DNA of 63,665 nucleotides, the filler included, from Choristocarpus tenellus KU-1152 (Eukaryota > Protista > Phaeophyceae): assembly GCA_964200185.2 (NCBI GenBank). It is 8 parts of 8 records of this genome, joined end to end, with 100 filler letters (N's around TTAATTAATTAA, not from the genome) between each part and the next. Parts side by side here need not be neighbours in the genome. Positions count along the whole stretch, not along the records: positions 1 to 3,881 come from CAXNAD020017395.1; positions 3,982 to 11,155 come from CAXNAD020006581.1; 6 more parts are not named here. The stretch is one strand, 5' to 3'. The position numbers and the translations under genes are program-made. Under the pieces are notes generated by a model. That model was given only the letters and a program-made list of their open reading frames with translations, was not told where the DNA came from and ran no database searches. Of this stretch, positions 1-11,091 are shown piece by piece. Each line of letters opens with the position of its first letter. The first letter of the stretch is position 1.

Positions 1-310
1 CCCTGCTGGTCCTCAAAACGCCATTTTTGTTGTAAGAACCAGGACATACTAACCCCTTAACCCTAACCTTTCACCTAAACCCAATACTTTTGTCTTCCCC
101 CCCCCCGCTCCCCGCCATCCATCCATCCATCCCAGAGCATACTGATCTCATACCCAAGAATGTAACTGCTTTCATAGTTCTGCAATCCATGCAGGCGTTT
201 TCCTGATTCAACCTTGAACCACTCTGTTTCCCACCTGAAACCCCGGTGACATCACGATGCTGGGTTTGTTGGATTGTACTGGGGGCAGGCTCGGTGTGGT
301 GAGTGCGCAG

Positions 311-3300
311 GCTCTTGTGAGAGGAGTTGCATGCAGGTGCCGTGTTGTGGTGTGGCATGCAATGGCAGTTACGCTCTGTGCACGGTGGCGAGGGGTGAAA
401 GAGGCCCGGCGCTTTAGGAGTATCCGGAAGAGTGTTGTCCGCCTGCAGGTGAGGAAGAAGAACAGTATGCTTTTGGAAGAGAGATGGTTTTGGCGTGTGT
501 TTCTGGCGTGTGTGTGTTGATTTTGTTGTTATTCTCAGGAGTGTGTGTTGATTTTGTTGTTATTCTCAGGAGTGTGTGTTGGTTTTGTTGTTATTCTCAG
601 GAGTGTGTGTTGGTTTTGTTGTTATTCTCAGGAGTGTGTGTTGATTTTGTTGTTATTTTCAGGAGTGTGTGTTGGTTTTGTTGTGGAGGTTTGACCCACC
701 CATCGTTGCGTCTGAGTTGTGTTTGTTTGTATTATGAAAAAGGTTTTATATTACACTACTGTTGGTGCTGTTGTTGTGGTTGTTGTCAAGAACGATGTGT
801 ACTTTTGTGTGATTTTTTTGCTTGCTATTTGCTTACTTTGTGGTGTTCCCAGTCGGCAAAGTAGGGCATGAAGTATTCTGAAAAGGGTCAGGGTTTGTGA
901 GGCACTTGAGCGTGGCTTGCCAGTTCCTCATTTAAGGTTCGTGTCCATTTTGGGTCTTTGGGGGGTTGTGGTTTGGACCAGTGACCTAGAGGTCTCTGTT
1001 GTGGTACACACAAGGTACAGGGCACTGTGTGGTATACCTTTTCATGCCTGGTATTGTGCCCCAATTTCCTCTTTAACCAGGGTGTTGTAGGTTCTCAGGG
1101 TTTTACTCCGTATCATGTTCAGTCACAGTACCACAGTATCACTTTCAAGCCTGGGAGTGAAGTATGAGTATAGGTTCCATGGTAGTACTGGTCCCACGGT
1201 GGTACTGGTCCCTTGGCAGATTTTATTTGAATTAACAAAAAAGGACATTGAGTATGAAAAATGTGTAGCAGTGTCAGAAGAGCAAAATAAGTTTGATGAT
1301 GTTAGTGGTCCAGATTTTGGTAGTTGGACCCGGACCTGTACTGTTGTACTTATTGTAGTACCTTCCTGTTGTACTTATTGTGGTACCTGTGCTGTTGTAC
1401 TTATTGTAGTACCTGTACTGTTGTACTTATTGTGGTACCTGTGCTGTTGTACTTATTGTAGTACCTGTACTGTTGTACTTATTGTGGTACCTGTACTGTT
1501 GTACTTATTGTAGTACCTGTACTGTTGTACTTATTGTAGTACCTGTACTGTTTTGTACCTGCACTGGTACTCTGTTCGAGACTTGTGCAACTTGTTGTTT
1601 CTTAGGAGATTTTTTTTTGTGTGTTTTGAAAGAACATCCTGATGAAAGAACATGCTGATGGAGTGGTAACGCCATGAATTTGGAGGTGGGGAGAAGGGTG
1701 TGACAGTTTCATTCTTCAGCAAATCAGGTCTTGAATATATCCACAATGTGATGCTGGTGGGATTTGCCACTGTTGTGCTTAGTAGTAGTAGTAGTGTCGC
1801 CCAGAGCTTTAAATTTTGCTCCAGAGCATTACATCTTCATCGCATTAGAAAATGTATGATAAGTAGTTAATTCAGAGCGACCTAGGTGGGGGGATACAAG
1901 AAAGTTGTCAGGGGTTTGCCCAAGATTGTGGGAAGGTGTGAATAATAATAATATGTTCTTGACTGCAGAAAACTCATGAAAGCTATGTAATAATAATAAT
2001 AATAATAATATGCATCAACACCCGCACTACGTGAGTAATAATAATAATAATAATATTAATAATAACAAGCCTTGTTCTTGGAAAATGGTATCCGATCCCC
2101 AGTACCACCTGATCATAACTGTAAGTCTCTTACGGGACTCTTACACAACGACTCTTACGTGAGTGACTCTTGCACGACTCCTACATGGCCCTTACGTTAC
2201 TTTTCCTTGTGCCAACGGTGTGTGCTTGAAGAGCCTTGTCCGAGGTCATATTGCTAGGAATGCTGCTCAAGCCCTTCGCGTCCATGGTGTTGGTCGTCTC
2301 TCTGTTGGGCAAGCAGCAACAATGATCCAGGTTATTTTCTATTATTTTGATAATTGTTTCAATTGACGGTGTGGCCTGATCAAAGAACTTACATTCAAGG
2401 GTATCCTTTTGGTATGCACCTTGCACAATAAAGGGTATACCCCCGGTATGCAAGTGGTATACCTTCCACAATGAAGGATGTATGTATCGTATGACAGTGC
2501 ACATATATTTTTTTTTCAATAGTAGAGGTCCAAAACCATCAAGTGGTGTGATTAACTTGAGAATGTATAACTTGTTACTATGGAGGTATATATATATATA
2601 TATATATAGTCGACTTGGGCTTCTGAAAAAATGGGATTGATGTTTGTTTATTGTTGACTTTTGTGTCCATTTTTTTTTTCTGAGTTTGTTTTTTTCATAA
2701 AGGTTCTTTTCAATAGAATTTTCTTGTAAAGTTACTTTGGGTTAGTAAGTAGTCAGGAGCACATGTGTTTGGTGTGTGTCCAAGCGGTTGTTTTCTTTGA
2801 AGTGGCAGCACCCTCAACCTCAACACATTTTTGAGAAAGCAGACAATCGGCCACAATGAGATGGTTCTTCTCCCTTTGCGCCTTCAGATGCCACACCCAT
2901 GGAGTAAATCCCTTCCTGACCTTCCTCACCTTGACAATGGTAGCAGCAAGTAAAATTTCTTGCCCTAACACAAATGTTTGTTTTGCATCACCTGATTCCC
3001 CCCCCATTCTAGAGTGTTCAATAATGGTAGTATGCATATTGTTGCACTAAAACGTAACCCTTGCCCCAATGGAGGGGAGTTCTATTTTTTTTTTATTTAA
3101 TAGATATTATACAACGTTTATTGCTGATTGGATAATAGTAACTGTCTCTATTGTTTTTTGTAGATATTCCAATCAAGTTTATCTTCAACATAAAATATAT
3201 TTATGTACTGTCCATAAAATTACAATACATGCCATGTTTCATCCCCCTTGACTGAGTGAAGATAGATGCCTATCTGTGCGTGTGTGTGTTTGTTGGGGGG

Positions 3301-3432
3301 TTTTATCCAGGCAACAGCAAGGGGGCGTTCGGTGCGTTTGCACGCAGGCGACAAAGTAGCCATGGCCAGGCAGAAGATTGCTGCGGCAGATGCGAGAGCC
3401 CTTGCAAACCCATCACAGAAACTGGGAGCCAG
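311..3432 (+). CDS. IQ-motif repeat protein, ASPM/abnormal-spindle-like, partial (exons 311-448, 2232-2330, 3311-3432)
   Basis: AG/GT-bounded exons join in phase 0-0 to give ALVRGVACRCRVVVWHAMAVTLCARWRGVKEARRFRSIRKSVVRLQ|SLVRGHIARNAAQALRVHGVGRLSVGQAATMIQ|ATARGRSVRLHAGDKVAMARQKIAAADARALANPSQKLGA. The IQxxxRGxxxR motifs form across the junctions. The last exon resembles the post-IQ region of ASPM. Confidence 0.75.
509..682. repeat. 31-bp minisatellite (~5.5 copies) in intron
   Basis: Unit GTGTGTGTTG(A/G)TTTTGTTGTTATTCTCAGGA, with starts at 541 and 572 etc. Confidence 0.95.
1334..1562. repeat. 26-bp minisatellite (~8.5 copies) in intron
   Basis: Unit GTACCTGT(A/G)CTGTTGTACTTATTGT(A/G); ACCTG recurs at 1411 and 1437. 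Confidence 0.95.
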
Positions 3433-3534
3433 GTAGGAGAGTGAGTCTTGATGTCGACAACATCTATGGTTGTGGTTTTGTACAGTTACAGGGCGTTGTG
3501 GTGAGGTAGATAGAAGGGATAGGGGTTTGCTACA

Positions 3535-3793
3535 GAGTCAAAGTATCTTAGAGGGTAGAGCTGCGTCCATTTGGGGGCCAAAATCCAATGTTACAATTTC
3601 GATGCAATTTTGAATATCATGTTTGTTAGGAGATGTCAATATCCTTGTTCTGGACAGTTCCTTTCATATCATATACATTTTACCTATCCCGAAAAAATTT
3701 GGAGCTGGTAATATGTCGTCAAAACCCCGTGGGAAGCCAAGCCCCAAATGGACAAACAGGGCAAAAAACGTACCCTCTAAGATACTTTCACTC
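3535..3793 (+). mobile_element. MITE family A copy 1 (~259 bp)
   Basis: TIRs GAGTCAAAGTATCTTAGAGGGTA / TACCCTCTAAGATACTTTCACTC, 3-bp TSD ACA, homologous to seven other copies in the window. Confidence 0.9.
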
Positions 3794-3881
3794 ACACTGT
3801 GGATGTGTCGTAAGGTTAAATGTGCAGGTCTAGGGCAGCGGATGGGTTAAAGTGTGTTGCAGTGATTGAAGTAGGTATGGG

Positions 3882-3981
3882 NNNNNNNNNNNNNNNNNNN
3901 NNNNNNNNNNNNNNNNNNNNNNNNNTTAATTAATTAANNNNNNNNNNNNNNNNNNNNNNNNNNNNNNNNNNNNNNNNNNNN
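3882..3981. other. Artificial contig spacer (also 11156-11255, 19520-19619, 33240-33339, 42436-42535, 47943-48042, 51431-51530)
   Basis: Identical 100-nt N-run / TTAATTAATTAA / N-run linkers carrying stops in all six frames. A separate 10-N internal gap lies at 29911-29920. Confidence 0.99.
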
Positions 3982-4067
3982 TACACTCAAACTTGACTCC
4001 AACTCACTTTGTATATACCCTGCTCCTCCCACGCAACCGAATATCCCCTCGCCCCTCATCTCTTTGC

Positions 4068-7000
4068 CTGCATTGGCCATGACCCATTGTAGTCACGTCC
4101 AAGCAACGCATTTCCCCCTGTTGTAGAAACAGTCACGACCGCCTCCCCCTCTGTCCCAACAAGCCTGACCAGGGTGAGATTGACCACACCAACAGACTCT
4201 TCCATTCCCGAGGCAGTAGCTGAAGTGGACAAGAAGCTGAACCCAAACACCCCCGGGCACAAAGCACAAGTTCCGTTTGAGCAGTCTACTCCACTGAATT
4301 CGTTGCTGACACCATGCGGTGTAGAAGATCAGTGCGGGAATGATGATGTAAGAAGTTGAGAGAGAATGAGAATGAGAATGAGGGAGACGATGAAGGAGGG
4401 CAAGGGAACATAAGTTGTTGGGAGTTCTGGAGGCGAAAGAGAGTGGTGTGACTGGTAGAAGGGATTAGAGGGAAATGAGAGGGGATAGGGTAGAACTGAG
4501 GTGGGTAGTACTTTGATATGAGTCGTTTGGGGGGGAGGGAGAGGGGGTTACCTGCAGTCTATGGGAGATGGGAAGGGGTTGAATAAACCACTTCAACGTC
4601 CTGGTCAAGGCGTGGTGAATGTGAAATGGAAAATAATTGAATCCCATACTAACTATGGGAGATAATCCCTATAGGTGCATCGGAAATACTACAGTAGTAA
4701 GTTTAGCTTGATAAAGAGTAGGATCTGTTTTTAAGGGTATTCACGATTGGGTTGGAAGACTCATAAAATGTATTTTGTACTAGATCCTCTTGAGACGGCC
4801 ATCCTGGATAACCCTGGGGGAAAATGAGGGAGGACATTGGCCTTAATCTGGTGTGTGCATTAAGAAAACGACAGTGACCACATTCCTCCTGCCCTCCACC
4901 CTCCACCCCCCTACTCTGCTCATTCCTAGCCTGTCATAATTTACCTACTTCGACCTATTAAAGATCCTGCATTGGGGATAAGACATCTTACATCCATCTC
5001 AACAATCAACACAACTTGAAAGTAGTCTGTACATCACACATACTAAGTTGTCACGCCTCTCCCCTTCAACTCGCATCTCCACCAACATAGCTTCCCTCCA
5101 AATAATCACCACCACCACCACCACTATAACTCAACCTAGCTGATCCTACCATGCATTTTAGATTCATTCTTCTACCAATTTCAAGTTGCTGGCTTACTCG
5201 CAGTCACAGAGACCAAGGTCGCATGTGCCATGCCCACTGCAGACACTTCCATCTGGCCCCAGAGGACAAGTATTGTTGAAGTTGCATCCCACACACTGGG
5301 GGTGACCCCTGTATGAGAATGAGGAGGAGTTGCATGCCGTGCAACTGGATGAACCTGTGAAGTTGGTGGCCAACAAGTAAGTGTGTTAAATGGGCACATT
5401 GATGTGTAGGTGGGCAGGAAGACCAGCAGGTGTTCAAAGTATGGATAGGGTGAGTGAGGTTTTTGAAGAGAAACAGATGATAGCTGCTGGGCAGGGAGTC
5501 AAAGCAATTGAGAGGCAGGCAGGGTTACATTTTAAGGATCCTGAGAAAAGGCAAAACTACCCTTTTTGTACAATTGCAAATTGCAGAAAGGATCTTTGCT
5601 GAATTGTGGTCACTCTGTGTGTAAAGGGGTAATATCAATTTTGCGTACAATACTGTGCAGATTAAGTAATGAAATAGAGTGCATTGCACAGGGTAAGAAA
5701 GATTGCTTAGAAATACAAAAGGGCCTAAACCCACTTATCACTCAATTACTTCGACTCAGGAAGAGAGGGGGGTGTAGAGTTGGTACCATGATGTAGCTGA
5801 TGTTAGAGCTTGGAAGCGTTTAAGGGAGGGGGAAGGGGCTGAGGAGGGTTTCGAAGGTGGTAAAGATGGAGCGCAGTTGCCTGAATGGAGTTCAGGTCAA
5901 CATCCAGTAAAACCTCAAGAAAAAGAGGGTTTGGGATGGGTACTTCCGTAGTCTGGATTAGTACCACTGCAGACAGTTGACTCGAAGTATCTGGGAGGGG
6001 GAGTGGCAGCTGTCCTATTGGGGCCCATTTTTTCATGTCACGATTTTTGTGTGGTTGGTTGCATACGCCGGATGGATTATGTAAGTTCGCTTTTCCCGGT
6101 CAGGGTCCAAATGGACACCCTGATGTAGACCACCCCCCCCCCAAGTGTGCCTGGCACTAACATTTTTTTATCCTTCTTTTGTACAGACGACATCCTGTGC
6201 ATTGGCAATTAAGTTTAGAAACATTTAGAAGCAAATAGGGTTGGGCGGGGCAGGTTTGATATATGTATTCCCAAGGAAATTTCTTCTTGCATTTAAGGGT
6301 TCTCATCTCCCTGTGTACCTGTGGAATTTGTAAAGAACCCCCCACCACATTCTGTACAATTGAGCGACTGGGCCTGGGCATAGGTTGATGTATACTCTCC
6401 CCTAGGGCACACCTGTATTGTGTGCATATCAAGGGGTCATATATTATGAGATGGGGGATATGGGGAGGGTTTGGAATTAGGGAAGGAGGGTTGTATTCTG
6501 GACTTTACATCAATCGTAGAGAGTACTATCAGTTGTACAGCTTGGACCTGATGGAGCAGATTAAATTTAGGTATATGGTGAAGGGACCTTGTGTGTGGGT
6601 CCAGTGTTGAGCTGATTGTTCTTCTAATAATTGTAGTGGGTTTCATTCAAATCAATATCTGGTCCGTTTGAAGTATGTTCTGCAGCACATATTATTTAAC
6701 TTTTGACCACAGAGGACATTCACCTTTGGTCCCCTGCTGTGAGACATATTCCATACACATGAAACCCCCTGCGTTTAGTTTTCCAAACTGTGAGGACTTA
6801 ACAAGTGTAACTTCAATTTTCTCAAATCCTTCGGTAATTCTTACTTAAACTAAGTGAAAAATTCCACGTAGCACGTGGAGCAAGGCGAGTAAGCCGCTGA
6901 ATGCTCTGTGGTGCCACCAGGGCATTCGAGCAGAGTGTCGTGCTGCATATGTGCAATTAAACGACCAACCGAATCCAACCCCAATTTTTCTAATGCCTTT

Positions 7001-9714
7001 GATATTTCAAATTTATTCAATAGTACCAACTCAATCGCCACCATTCACAGCTCTATCTGAGTGAAAGTATCTTAGAGGGTACGAGTTTTGCCCTGTTTGT
7101 CCATTTGGGGCTTGGGTTCCCCCATGGATTCTTTTATGACATTTTACTACTCCAAAATGTTTCGGGGTAGGTAAAAAGGAAAACGTCATGAAAAGGTGAG
7201 TCCGGAACATGGATACTGACACTTCCTAACAAACACAATAGCCAATATTACATCAAAATCGCAACATTGGATTTTGGGCCCCAAATGGACGCGGCTCTAC
7301 CCTCTAAGATAATTTAGCTCATCTATGGTAGTTGGACGTTCCAAACGGCCCAGGTTCTGGTATTCTGGGCAGAGTAAAGGGCTCGAGTACTCTTGCTGGT
7401 CGGCCACAAAAGTAGAGGTTTGGTTCTGTATATTGCTTTGTCATGAAAGCACCTGCAGCTAACATATTGATTCAATTCGGTTTATTGTCCTTGGTCCCTA
7501 GAGCACGATGTCTCCACCTACATCTGCAACATATATTCATGTGTGTAGCTGGAAAAGGATAAAAAAAATAGGTGAGTAGACTGAAAAATCACATGGTATA
7601 CACATCGGTATACACATCGATATCAATATATATATATATGTGTGTGTGTATTTCATCCAAATGTACCGTGCCATCCTCTCCACACGCCTCTTATACAATT
7701 TTACACAGACCAGCTCCACGGTTTAGCTATACAACTTCTTAAATCTATAACGATTGAGGCTCATTGCTAATACAATTGTTTCAGGTGTCCGCGCTGATCA
7801 TTTTTTTCCAAACGTACCTGACAACCACCTCCATCTCCCATACTGATGCTGTGCGTCCCAGGTGGGCAGGGCAGACAATCTGCAGAGCTTCCACTCCCAC
7901 TCTTTCCAGAGGTGTATTGCCCCTGAGTGCAAGAGATGCACTGGGACTGTGAAGTTCCACCTGTATTCGGCAAGGATGACCAACGTACCTCCAGGTAATT
8001 AACATTCCTTTGCTGGTATTTTGTAGTGACCATTTCTGAGCAAGAATTCCCCTGGGGTCATAGCAGTCACATCTCTCACCACAATAACTTGTCAACTCGT
8101 TGAGAATAGGGGCAGCCCTTGATGGTCCTATGTATCTTGGCTCTCCTCCCTTCCATTTCCTCTCTGGCAACATCCAAAATGATGAAGAATTCTAGAGCTC
8201 TACTGAGGAAAGTTTTAAGTACAAATCGATGTGAATAAATCTGTCAACAAAATGTCCACTAGTTCCCTTGCCAGCTGCAAAAAAAAAGCAGTTGGCTCAT
8301 CCCCCAATGGAATGCATGCCTTGTATCCCAGGGTACATCCAGAGGAGGTGTTTCCACCTCACTCCTGTTCCCATGCAACTTAATTGAAGCAAGAAATTCA
8401 CAACAACTATGGTATACATGAGGTGACCCAGTCACCTGTTATGTCCAAGTATGTGTTCTCAGGGCAGGGATCACATGCATCAGATCCCTCTCCTGATGCA
8501 AAGTGGCCAACTGGACATGGGTCACATGATCCTGCCCCAGGCAAGGAGTAGGACCCTGCGGAGCAGACCTGAACTTGTTGATGGTGGTAGTGGGGTGGAA
8601 AGGGGATAACAGGGCAGAGAAGAGGGTCTTGTTTAAATAGATGGAACAGTGTTGTAGTTGAGCCAATTGCACGCATCCCCTGATCTAATAATCGCCTGCT
8701 GTGCTTCTTTCAACTCTAGCCTATCCAGTACCCCCAAGAAGATGTCAACAAGTAAGCACGGTGCCTGCCACCACCACACTACCGCACACAAAAGGAAAAG
8801 AAAATCGTTCTTCTATTACATCCTAACCTTGCAGACACTGCTATTGGAAGCCCCTGCTATCTCAGATGCAGACCCTGAAGGACACAGTTCACAAGCACTC
8901 TCCCCAGTGGTGTCTGAGTAACTCCCTTTCGGACAATCTAAACAGGCCTCCGCTTCATCCCCCCCTGCCACTGAGGCCCCAGCAGTGCCCACAGGGCAAG
9001 GGAAACATGCCATCGCTTGAGAATTAGAGTAGTGACCCCTGGGGCAATCTAAGCAAGTTTCTGCCTGGGAGAAGGGTGCATAGGTACCAGCCATACATGG
9101 AAGGCAGGTTCCAGACGAGGTAGAGAGGGAGTAGGTCCCAGCTTCACATGAACTGCAGGAGGAGGCGTTGGCCATAGAGTAGGATCCCGAGGGACAAGGC
9201 AGGCACTCTACAGCCCCACTGCTGCTGTACATGCCTAAAAAGGAGCATACCATTTCAATGTGGGAGTCAGCGACAATACAGGACATAGTTTCAAGAACAC
9301 CATATCCTCTTTGGGACTTGTACCCTCATAGGTGGTACACAACACCATTTGAGTCCTCTAATTTTGACCCGGGAGATAAACCCTGTGGTTGACCATACAA
9401 TCTACTTGCCACTCCCTAATTTCCACCAGGTCTGTACATATCCTCTCCATTGGGATCCCAGACAACTAGTTGGCATCTTACCTCGTGTCTGCCAATAAGG
9501 AGTGCAACACTTTGCATTTCGTTCAAGCAACATGTATTTCATTGCTTTGATACGGGGAACATAATGGGATGCTGTCGCAACACTTAGGAGAGCGTTAAGC
9601 CCTCTAAGACTATTTTATCTTGTATCACGATGTTATGATGTTATATTTTGTCAGAGGGGCTGTGTGCTAAACAGTACAAAGAACAGACTATATGGCCTAC
9701 AGTAAGAACACTTA

Positions 9715-9749
<35 letters not shown>

Positions 9750-10765
9750 ATCAAATCAATATTCACTACCCTGCCAACTCCTCTCCTCTGTCTCGTTACA
9801 CACCGTTAACTCGCCTGCTGAGCACGCCAGGCACCCATCCTCGGAAGGCAGACCCACCACTGCTGATGAAGTACCCGCAGGACACTCCCTGCACGGCCAA
9901 ACAAAGGAGGAGAGAGGGGGAGACCAAGTAGCGAGGGAAACAGAAGAAGCAACAGGAAAACGTTATCACCTTCTCACTACCAAAAAGTTGCCAATAATTG
10001 CGCGTTGTCCAGGAGTCGTCTTACCATGTTAATATGCTCTACCACCTTCCCCTCACCACCCTCCTCCCCTCTTATCTTCTCCGTTTCAAGCTCATCCTAT
10101 GGGAAGGCGTTGCCCCACACTACAACACAGCGCCTGATGAAAGTATTGCACCGTCTCACCTGCATCCAGTGCCTTCGCTGACCCCACTTGGGCCAGTCCC
10201 GTACTTCCCTGCAGCACAAGGGGTACAAGAGGGGGATCCCTCCGGTGACGCGTAGGCCCCACTAGGGCAGGAGGAGCACGTGTACGAGCCCGCTTCCGAA
10301 AACGTTCCGTTGGGACAGCTTGCACACATAACGGTGCCATCGTCGGGGCACAGAAAGGTATACCTTCCAGAAGGGCATATTGGGCTGCGAGGGGGTGAAT
10401 AGGACAATTCATGGGGAAGAGAAGAAGCCTTTTCAAAGTAAAAGAGATTTTGCTTTCTCTGTGCTGTTCTAGAGATTTTATGGGTAGCCACTACAGCTTT
10501 GAAAAGTCAGGGCGAAGTGAGAGTCACACCCCCAGGAATCCCCCCTTTTTGTAGTTTTATTGTAGAAGAATCACTTCTCTTCATCTTTCATCGTTTCATT
10601 GTGTGCTGGAACGACAGTGCAGCCCCCCTTGTGGGGATCTCCTCTGGAAAAATAAAAAAAGAAGGTATTTTCTGCGACGTTCTCATCTCACCGGCTACGC
10701 TACACACCCAAAGGAATTAATAAAAGAATATGGGGGAGGCGGGGCACGGGGAAGGGGGGGGGGCA

Positions 10766-10814
<49 letters not shown>

Positions 10815-11091
10815 AGAAATATGCACAGATTTGTAAGTGTGTGAAATCTACCAAATCTGGTACATTAATAAGAAGAGTTCACCTGGAAAAATTGGTGACC
10901 CAGAGGTCCGCCAACGGCACATCGGTGTTATCCACACCACCGTACGCCATGAGCACTCCATCCTCAACAACGCTGAGAGTGCAGTCCCTCCGCCCTCCTG
11001 GGGCTGACAAACCAGGCACTCCACCAAAGTCTGCTTCCAACCAAACGTCTATCCGTGCATCGTACTCGTGAGCATTCTCACTGCCCATGTA
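4068..11091 (-). CDS. Large extracellular/cell-surface protein, partial: Kelch-like repeat + Cys-rich CxxCPxGxY (GCC2/GCC3, ephrin-receptor-like) repeats + EGF-like + Calx-beta
   Basis: Nine exons with consistent phases: 10883-11091, 10160-10384, 9815-9888, 8828-9234, 8436-8568, 7818-7960, 6319-6412, 5198-5354, ~4068-4305. Kelch-like LMAYGGVDNTDVPLADLW; many CxxCPxGxYS repeats; EGF CSGHGTCDLGLCDCDNEFSGVDCS; Calx-beta ESVGVVNLTLVRLVGTEGEAVVTVSTTGGNALLGRDY. Confidence 0.88.
5979..6144 (+). mobile_element. MITE family B copy 1 (right end truncated), intronic
   Basis: Starts GACTCGAAGTATCTGGGAGGGG; body matches 36496-36673 and 63475-63655. Confidence 0.85.
7059..7320 (-). mobile_element. MITE family A copy 2, intronic
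   Basis: GAGTGAAAGTATCTTAGAGGGTA ... TACCCTCTAAGATAATTTAGCTC; flanks ATCT/ATCT. Confidence 0.9.
9718..9747. repeat. (CA)n microsatellite
   Basis: Direct inspection. Confidence 0.95.
10770..10813. repeat. (AAT)n microsatellite
   Basis: Direct inspection. Confidence 0.95.

Noticed and set aside
509-1562. 31-bp and 26-bp repeats as a CRISPR array, and the Cys/Val-rich ORFs over them
   Set aside because: They are head-to-tail minisatellites with no unique spacers and no cas genes, lying in an intron. The ORFs are repeat artefacts.
3882-3981. Recurrent TTAATTAATTAA palindrome flanked by Ns
   Set aside because: It is an artificial concatenation linker, not biological. It also invalidates gene-neighbourhood arguments across spacers.
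6850-6945. ECPGGT...PCSTC as an extra exon of the Cys-rich gene
   Set aside because: No convincing donor, and exon 6319-6412 already bridges the required phases.
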